DNA of 42,754 nucleotides from Perkinsus olseni (Eukaryota): NCBI GenBank assembly GCA_013115125.1, contig JABANN010000286.1, positions 1 to 42,754 of the forward strand, read 5' to 3'. Shown piece by piece: positions 35,608 to 42,754 of this stretch (position 1 is its first letter; each line of letters starts with the position of its first letter). The notes under the pieces were generated by a model. It saw only the letters and a program-made list of their open reading frames with translations, ran no database searches and was not told where the DNA came from. The position numbers and the translations under genes were made by a program.

Positions 35608-36155
35608 ATGATGTTTTGATTTGACGAGACTTCGTTCCTCGTTGGGGAAGTTGGCATATATCAGAACCTATTGATATTTTTTTTACTTCTTCATCTTCTT
35701 ATTGATTATGGTGCCCTATTATGTGTGCAGCGTAGTAGTAGGTGCCGAGTCGCCACAGTGTCGTGGAACAACGACTAAATCAAGAATAGATGAGAACATG
35801 TGGTGTAGAAGGATTCTGATAGGACTCAACTTCCATTGCAAATGAGGAGATAAGAGTCGAAGTGTTGGGTTCAAAGTGGAGTGGAGGTGCTCTGTTGAAT
35901 AAGCGCTCGCCCGCCTGATCGATTGCGGATTTGAGATTCCCGAGCACAATTTGAGGCTAGTGATGTGATTTGTGTCGAGATAGTCATCGCAAGTGTCGTA
36001 TCTGCAAGCGGCATGGACTCTAAGGGGTGGTATCTTTAGGTTGACCGCGAAAGATACATAAGAGGTCGGGTGGTTGTGTATGTAGATCTTTTGAACTATC
36101 CCAGCCACGTGGTAGTATTCCTAAGATTATTCAATAATTGTTGTTGTAACGATCA

Positions 36156-37734
36156 ATGACAGTAGCCGCTACTACTACTACTGGTGTTACTAAGACTGTT
36201 CCTGAACAACCAGTCACCCCAGAAAAGCCGACTACGCGTCCGGTGGAAGCACAGTCGACCGGAGCCACTGAGAAGAAGGAAGTCGCCTCCCCAGTGACTG
36301 AGAAGAAGGAAGTCGCCTCCCCAGTGACTGAGAAGAAGGAAGTCGCCTCCCCTGTGACTGAGAAGAAGGAAGTCGCCTCTCCTGCGACTGAGAAGGCTGA
36401 GGTCCCTGACGTTCCCGAAGCAGCTGCGTTGAACCCTTCCAAAAGATACAGAAGAGTTCAGAGGAACAGGGAAGAGAAGGACCCTGTAGGTGTTCACATG
36501 TCGATAGCGTTGCTGATGTTTGCTGTTTTCAGAAAGCCTTGGCCCATGAGGTTCGCATTACCGTGTCCGGAGGTGTTGGTCTCTTCGTGAAGGAAGGTGT
36601 TCGTAAGCTGCTGGACACCACTGAGGGCATCCCTGAGATCAAGGTTATGGCTAGAGGTGAGTCGTGAGAGGAGGGAGGGGTGTTTGATGATTTATCTCCT
36701 TCCTGTAGGTCCGGCTATTGCAAAGGCTGTTATTGTTTCTGAGATGATTAATCGCATGATAGCCGACTTGGAGCAGGATGTGAGTCATCTTGTCGTTTGT
36801 CGCTTCGGTTTTTACGTCAGTTTTTACACGCACTTTTACTGTGGTTTTCACGTCGGTTTTTATACGGAATTTTACAGTGGTTTCACACCGGTTCTCACGC
36901 CGGTTTTTACAGTAGTTTTAGACCTGTTTTTTCGTCGGTTTTTACAGTGGTTTCTTCCGCAGGTTGAACTCGGCTCAACTGATGTTAATGACGAGTATGT
37001 GAGTGTTGATGAAGAACATGAGGTGGGGGATGCTGTGTTCCATTTTCGGAGAAATGAATTGTTGTTTTTCAGACTGTTGTAGCCACTCGTATCGTACCCT
37101 TCCTTGTCGTTACCATTCGTCATCCTAAGGGTTTGATTGACAAGTCCACGGTCAGCAGGCGCCCGAGGAACACGTGAGTTCAACAATCAGAGGGAGATCG
37201 CGACTGTAGGAGAGTGCTCGTCTGCTTAGTCGCGTGCCCATCGCCACCAAGGCTGATATTGCCGCCATCAAAGAGAAGGAAGAGAAGGCCAAGGAAGGTA
37301 CTACTACTACTACTACTATCACCGCGTGAAGGTGTCAGTATCTTTGAATATTGTCATCAGACACTGAGGGCGCGTCTAAGAGAAAGAACCGCAGGAACCG
37401 TCGTGCCCGTCGTGGAAGCCCCAAGGCTGATGGTGAGTCAAGCTTGCAAGTGGGTTATCGTTGATCTGACCTCCTCAATAGTTGCTGACGAGCCTACCAA
37501 GACTGAGCAGCAAGTGACCAAGCCAGTCGCCGAGGTTGCCCTTGAGACTCCTAAGAAGGTCGAAAAACCCGAGGAGAAGGAGGCAGCAGCACCAGCCAAG
37601 CCAGAGGTAGCGAAGACGGCCGCTGTGGAGACCGAGAAAGGTGAGTGATGTCCTGTGTCTTTGAGTATGATGGTTATGTTGACCCGGTAGAACCCTCGGC
37701 CTTTGACGGCGCAGTGAAGCCCCGAGCGAAGTAG
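36156..37734 (+). CDS. Alba-domain protein 3 with N-terminal TEKKEVASPV repeats
   Basis: KRYRRVQR; EVRITVSGGVGLFV; IKVMARG|PAIAKAVIVSEMINRMI; VELGSTDVNDEY; TRIVPFLVVTI. Stop at 37732-37734. Confidence 0.82.
36267..36395 (+). repeat. 30-bp coding tandem repeat, about 4.3 units (TEKKEVASPV)
   Basis: actgagaagaaggaagtcgcctccccagtg repeats at 36267, 36297, 36327 and 36357. Confidence 0.95.
36806..36955 (+). repeat. Degenerate ~12-bp minisatellite (CGGTTTTTACAC/GT-like) inside an Alba-3 intron
   Basis: ggtttttacgtc agtttttacacg ... ggttttcacgtc ggtttttatacg ... ggtttttacagt recurs about every 11-12 bp. Confidence 0.75.
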
Positions 37735-39005
37735 GCGCGGAGGTAGTGAGATTCCCGACTAGAAAGTCTAGTTGTCATTTTTCTATCGAATATACCATTA
37801 CCGGCTTACGACGAAAATGACGGTTACTTTTCCGAGGCGGTAGGGGATTCTATCGGTGGGCGTTAGGGTAATCCGAACACCCCGGTTCGAATCCCCGTAG
37901 CGGCCTTTTATTACCCGTATTTTTCTTACGTCCGTGAAGTCGTATGTTGTTACTTTGATGATGTTGACACCCACTCTTCCTTGGCGATTTTTTGTCGAAT
38001 GGTCGGGAGTTGTTGTTCTCATGCCCTGCTTCCTTTTCTACCAGCAGGAGTGGGCTCATCAACCCGTCTATTCTTCGTCAAGATCAACAAAACAACAAGC
38101 AGAATTAGCGAGCAACAGTGATGTATCTGTTGTCGTTATCGCTGTTGTTTTTCTTTTTGCCATCAGGGAAGAATTTCAAAGCACTAGCTCGTCTTGAGTT
38201 GAGTCATTATGTAAATACTCGGGAATTTGGTGATGGTCAGTCTGCATCAGCGACGGTACAAGATGCCCTCACCGCTGATGCTGTTCTGCTTGGCAGGATT
38301 GGTAGTATCAGCGCGAACGCATTTCCGTTCTCGAATTGTTGATGCTTGCCTACCTGAGGAGGACTCCCTCGTTCTTCTCAGAGAATCGGGGAGGCACTCA
38401 ATACAGCGGACGAAAAGGAGAAGAAGCAGTAGGCCCGGGGCGAGGGTCTCCTTCGTTCGACCCGTCCTCTTATTGTCAACGTATCGCCATCTGGCACAGA
38501 GTAATGGGGAAGAAAAGAGCTCTTTTGGTGGCAAAAGAGCTTTATGATTCAGAGTATGCGTGTGATCGTAGGATGTAGTTTAAAAAGGAAAATTCGGTGG
38601 GGAAATGCTTCAATCGACCAAGACCACTATCTACTCTCGGGAAAACTTGTTCTGACTGGCCTGAACAATGATCGTAAATCGTGCTGTATGATTATTCCCT
38701 CCGCTTCGCAAGATTCGGCGTGAGCAGGGCTTGATAGCTTCTCATGGTTATTGAATTCGGGCCCTATTTCGACCTAGAAAAAAATTATTTTTTTGCCTGA
38801 TGTGGAGGAAGTTGTCGATGTTGGTCAATCCGCCGAGGGGTCGAAGGAGGCTCGAACCGAGTAGAGGAAGGCCTGCCGGTAATTTGCTCAGTATGATGGT
38901 TTCCTCTTTGAGAGGAGTGAATAACCCAACAGCATCTTCCATCTTTAGAACATCGGAGAGTTTTCGGTTTTTCCTTTTTTGTATCCTCCGTTTTCATTCT
39001 CTCAG

Positions 39006-41006
39006 CGACTACGACATTGACCATCTCCACTTCGATACGGAAGAGGAAGAAGATTTGTAGTAGCTGGGGAGTTGGCTCTGTCTCCATCTTTGCCATTCGT
39101 GAAGATTTTACGGCCGTCACGGGATCGACTTCGACTCTGATGATGACGACGACGAGGATTTTTATCACGACTGGGAACAACATTTCGAAGGTCCTTGATA
39201 ATCCGATCGGTTGTTGTGCTAATTTATTATTTTAAGACTTCCATCCGAGTATGATGATGACATTCACACTGAAAGGGAGTACAGCGCAGGAGTTCACGCA
39301 GGACGTCGAAGTTGCCGGGCAGCTCCTCAGAGGTACGTACCATCGTCATTTCGTTCAATATATCGCTGCGGGTTGTCGGACTGGGTATTTTTGTGCGGGG
39401 ATGCTTTCGTGACGCGTAGAAACAGCAGGAAATTTTTTCAGCGATTCATCCCCTGCCGGAGTTTGTAAGGTGTACAGGATTCGCCGAGCATGCCGCTCAT
39501 GCATCACTTCAACATCGCTAACACGATGAATCACAAATTTTTGAAAAAAAAATTTTCCGCTCTGAAGACTCTGTCGTAACGTATCATGTGCAGACTCTGC
39601 AGAGTTAGTACATTGTCGTCTTGCCATAGTTCCTCACTTCTTGAAATTGTTGAAGTTCCCCAATACGGCCTAGGGTGATGCTCATGCTGTAGCCTGCAGG
39701 TGTTTTGCTGTCCAACTCGCTGGCAGGGGACTCGGCGGACGTAGATTTCGAAGTGGGTCCGCCGGTATTCAGTTTGTCTTCTGCCGGAGTCTACCTTAGA
39801 TACGCGATCCTGAAGGGAATATCTTTTTCGAGAAAAGAGATGCTGCTGAGGCTATGTTTCATGAGAGGACTAAACTCGCAGGAGAGTACTTTCACAGGGC
39901 GTCGTGCAATGTTTATTAAACACTTTCAGCGAGCAGATCGCCGATAAGAGATTCCGCAATCTTAAAATTGTACAACAGAATCATGGAAGAGCTGAGAAGC
40001 ATACATATCAAAGCTATTGGACGCTGGCTACGGGAAAATCTGCCGCTTTTTTTGTTCCAAGTTTTGTGCGGTTCATAGGAGTTGATTCATACTGAGCGAT
40101 TCATTGAATTGCTAGCAAATCGGTTTCTGCCTCAGCCTGCGAAGGCTTCGGACTCTGATACACCCTCTAAGGGAACCATCAGCGATCTCGCGGATCAACG
40201 GGGTGCACACCAATCTCGAGATCATATATTTGATCATTTCTAATTTACTTTGATCGAAGTAAAGCGGAATGTTGTCGACCGTGGATGGCCCGGGCCGGTG
40301 TGTAGGAGCTTGCAGTAAAACTAGAACTGTTGGCGTGGCAGACTGTGCCAAGTTGGGATCTCTTCGTGAGCCTTCTGAGCGACATGAGAATCTCATCCAT
40401 GAATTTCGAACCGGTGATGGCTTGTTCTTCGGACAAGAAGCAGCACGAACAGGAACTTGCCTTCAGGGAGCAAGTTCACGTTGATCAGGTATGGACTTCT
40501 GGTCACCAATAAACACTGGAGTGACAGCCAAGAGGTGCTCTCTAGTATTCAGGGTTAGCGTCTCGTAATAGCTCCTCAGGTCACCCTAGGCGTTATGGTC
40601 GGAGGCTCGAAGACTCTGAAGACTGAACACATCACCGACGTACAGGAACAGATAGACGTAGTTTGCGGGTTGGGTGATGGTGGTGGCGGAGGGCTTTGGT
40701 AAGGTTCTGGATACGATACTTCGAGACACGCAAGCTGAGAGCACTTACCTGTGGATACGGCAGAAGAATCATTTGGGAGTGGTACAGTCAATGCATAGTG
40801 TAATATTGAGGAAGTTCAAGTGGTACCAAGGAGAGCAAGATTTGTTCTTCTCTCAGCGAGTTCTGTGGTTCTTCCTGTTCGACTTCGTGGCCTTGACGGT
40901 AGCTGCGTGGTTTCAAGTGTAATGAGACTGAGCGACGGTTGAATTCTCAGCCGCTGTGATCAGGTATTACGTGAAGAGTTTGTTGATGGACAGGAGATTC
41001 ATTTAA
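39006..41006 (+). CDS. p24/emp24/gp25L family GOLD-domain cargo receptor (5' end not resolved; start lies upstream of 39006)
   Basis: Spliced translation ...DVDFEIRDPEGNIFFEKRDAAEAMFHERTKLAGEYGLLVTNKHWSDSQEVTLGV...; coiled coil ILRDTQAESTYLWIRQKNHL; transmembrane segment and tail SRVLWFFLFDFVALTVAAWFQVYYVKSLLMDRRFI*, resembling the p24-beta tail WQVYYLKRFFEVRRVV. Confidence 0.85.
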
Positions 41007-42754
41007 TGCATGATTCTCGTTATCTGTATCACTCTCATGGTATAGTGTTATATTAGAGTGGTCGAATAAAGGGATAATAATATCAAACCCGTCAATTTTT
41101 ATATACACTCACGCATTGCCTAGGAGGGGTCCACGACCGTTTCACAGTGAAACCGTGAGAAAACCCCCACTGGAATTCTAATTCCCGACCTACCCACGCC
41201 GACTGAGAAATTAATAGCGTAAGAAGGTTCGGGTTTCGTGAAGCACACTAGTGTCCCTGGCCGGTCAGGTTTCGTTCATCGCCGACCCCACCTTACAAAT
41301 AGACCGAGCATTCTCTTGATGAAAGAAAAGACCTAGAAAGACCTCTCTTTACACGAATTACATGTACCGTCACAAGAACGGTCATCAACCTACCAGTTGT
41401 CAACTTCGGAACCTGCAATTCCAGGACCGTTCCTTCCGCTGCGTGTTGTGAACGCTTTTTGTGATACCAGAGCACTGATTCTGGAGTGCAAAGTCGATCG
41501 GAAAATTGTTTACTCACGAGACATGGCAAACTGCCGAGCTGAGGACGGCCGCCTGCTTCCTACCAACGACGACGAACTGCGGTACTCAAATTTCAAACAC
41601 CACAGTACTCACATTGATGTGATACTGTGTTGCATCTTCTGCCCTGGCAAACCTCCGCCGACTCGTTTTCATAAAATATACCGCCCGTCTGACAAGTAAT
41701 TGAACATGCCGCAACTGCGCGTATCCCCACCGTAGTGCCTAAAAACACGGCAACTAGCCCCGTACTACGGGCATAGACAAAATGGCCTGCTGCGACGCAG
41801 CAGCTGCGTTATTGAGCAACGAGCTCGCGGTTGCAATAGCTGGAAACCGCTGTCGACCCGAAGGGTGACGACGCTCCAAGCATAAATACATGACAGAGGG
41901 ACTTGATGTGATGGCACCTGCTCGTGAAGATACAAGTCTTCACAAAATGCGCTCCACAGAAGACAACGCAGCTACTCAAGAAGCGACCTTGGTCGTGCTA
42001 CTCCTTGCGGGTCCTGCACCTTTAATGACCACCACCGAGCGTGACATTTGGTCACGATAGTTTGCCAGAAATTCTCCATTCATTCCCCTGGCGAATTTAC
42101 AAATCAAGTTGGTGTCTTTGCGCTGAATCGTGCGGTTATAAAGGTTGTGACAGATGATCCCCATGCGTGCTCCGTTGTAAATGCGCCAACTCTGCAGTTG
42201 TAACAGTCGCTGCTTCTACTACTGTCACACTACAACAGTAGTAACTGCTAGTAGCCAGGGTTTCACCCAGCCGAAATCCGGGACGCGCCTCTGGATCGAG
42301 CCGATTCCGGTGGCGCGCCTCGGTGTGAGCCATACAAGAGCTGGTTCCCGAACTCCCGGCTTTACTTCGGGAGACTTCGGATGCTTGCAACTTGCAAGAA
42401 TGCAGACACTCACAAACTCGGCACCGTTTTTTCAAGAGGCTGCAAATCAAGTGCATAGTACTGACTCTCTGACGATCCCCGAACGAGCAGTTCACGCATA
42501 TAGGAAATCAGAATACTATCAAATGAGATGGCGAGCCTCGAAGACGCCCGCCAGTCGAACGAAATGCGCTCAATCGCAGTTGATTCTCCGATTGCTATGA
42601 AACCATTTCTGAAAAACTTCATCTATGAACGCCTGAAGACAGCTCTCTGCAGTTGTACTTTCTGTGGAACGCCGCTCAGGTGGCCACGTGAGCTGGGCCG
42701 TGGTAGGGTACTTCGGACTTTGCATAGCAATCCTCACAAGCTGGCATACTGTGG

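Noticed and set aside
36267-36395. Regular 30-bp repeat resembling a CRISPR array
   Set aside because: The units are head-to-tail with no spacers and are in-frame coding repeats in a eukaryotic gene.
37934-38578. Hydrophobic short ORFs (for example MYLLSLSLLFFFLPSG) as a possible signal-peptide exon of the p24 gene
   Set aside because: I could not build a consistent splice path to the exon at 39006.
41293-42754. ORF fragments with a CCIFCP motif, possibly a decayed transposon zinc finger
   Set aside because: Stops occur in all frames, and I see no catalytic motif, terminal repeat or target-site duplication.

Overview
This is an intron-rich eukaryotic window. Its dense, mostly 40-60 nt GT-AG introns and alveolate-like proteins suggest a Perkinsus-type protist (inference). 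Bases 471-22327 (+) hold one multi-exon cytoplasmic dynein 2 (IFT dynein) heavy chain gene. Between 23.0 and 30.9 kb lies a cluster of six divergent paralogous three-exon genes for secreted 4-cysteine proteins, most with acidic tails, that I cannot assign to a known family. A PA2G4/EBP1 gene interrupts this cluster. Three tandem Alba (Rpp25/Mdp2-type) genes follow at 33.3-37.7 kb, then a p24/emp24 GOLD-domain gene ending at 41006. Two near-intact tRNA-Pro genes sit inside dynein introns. A tRNA-Trp-like copy carries a UCA anticodon, and about a dozen degenerate tRNA relics occupy small introns in both orientations. At least four short motifs recur in both introns and exons, the most striking being a 28-bp GTATCTT-N14-AAGATAC inverted repeat. 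All gene models were spliced by eye, so internal exon boundaries are approximate.
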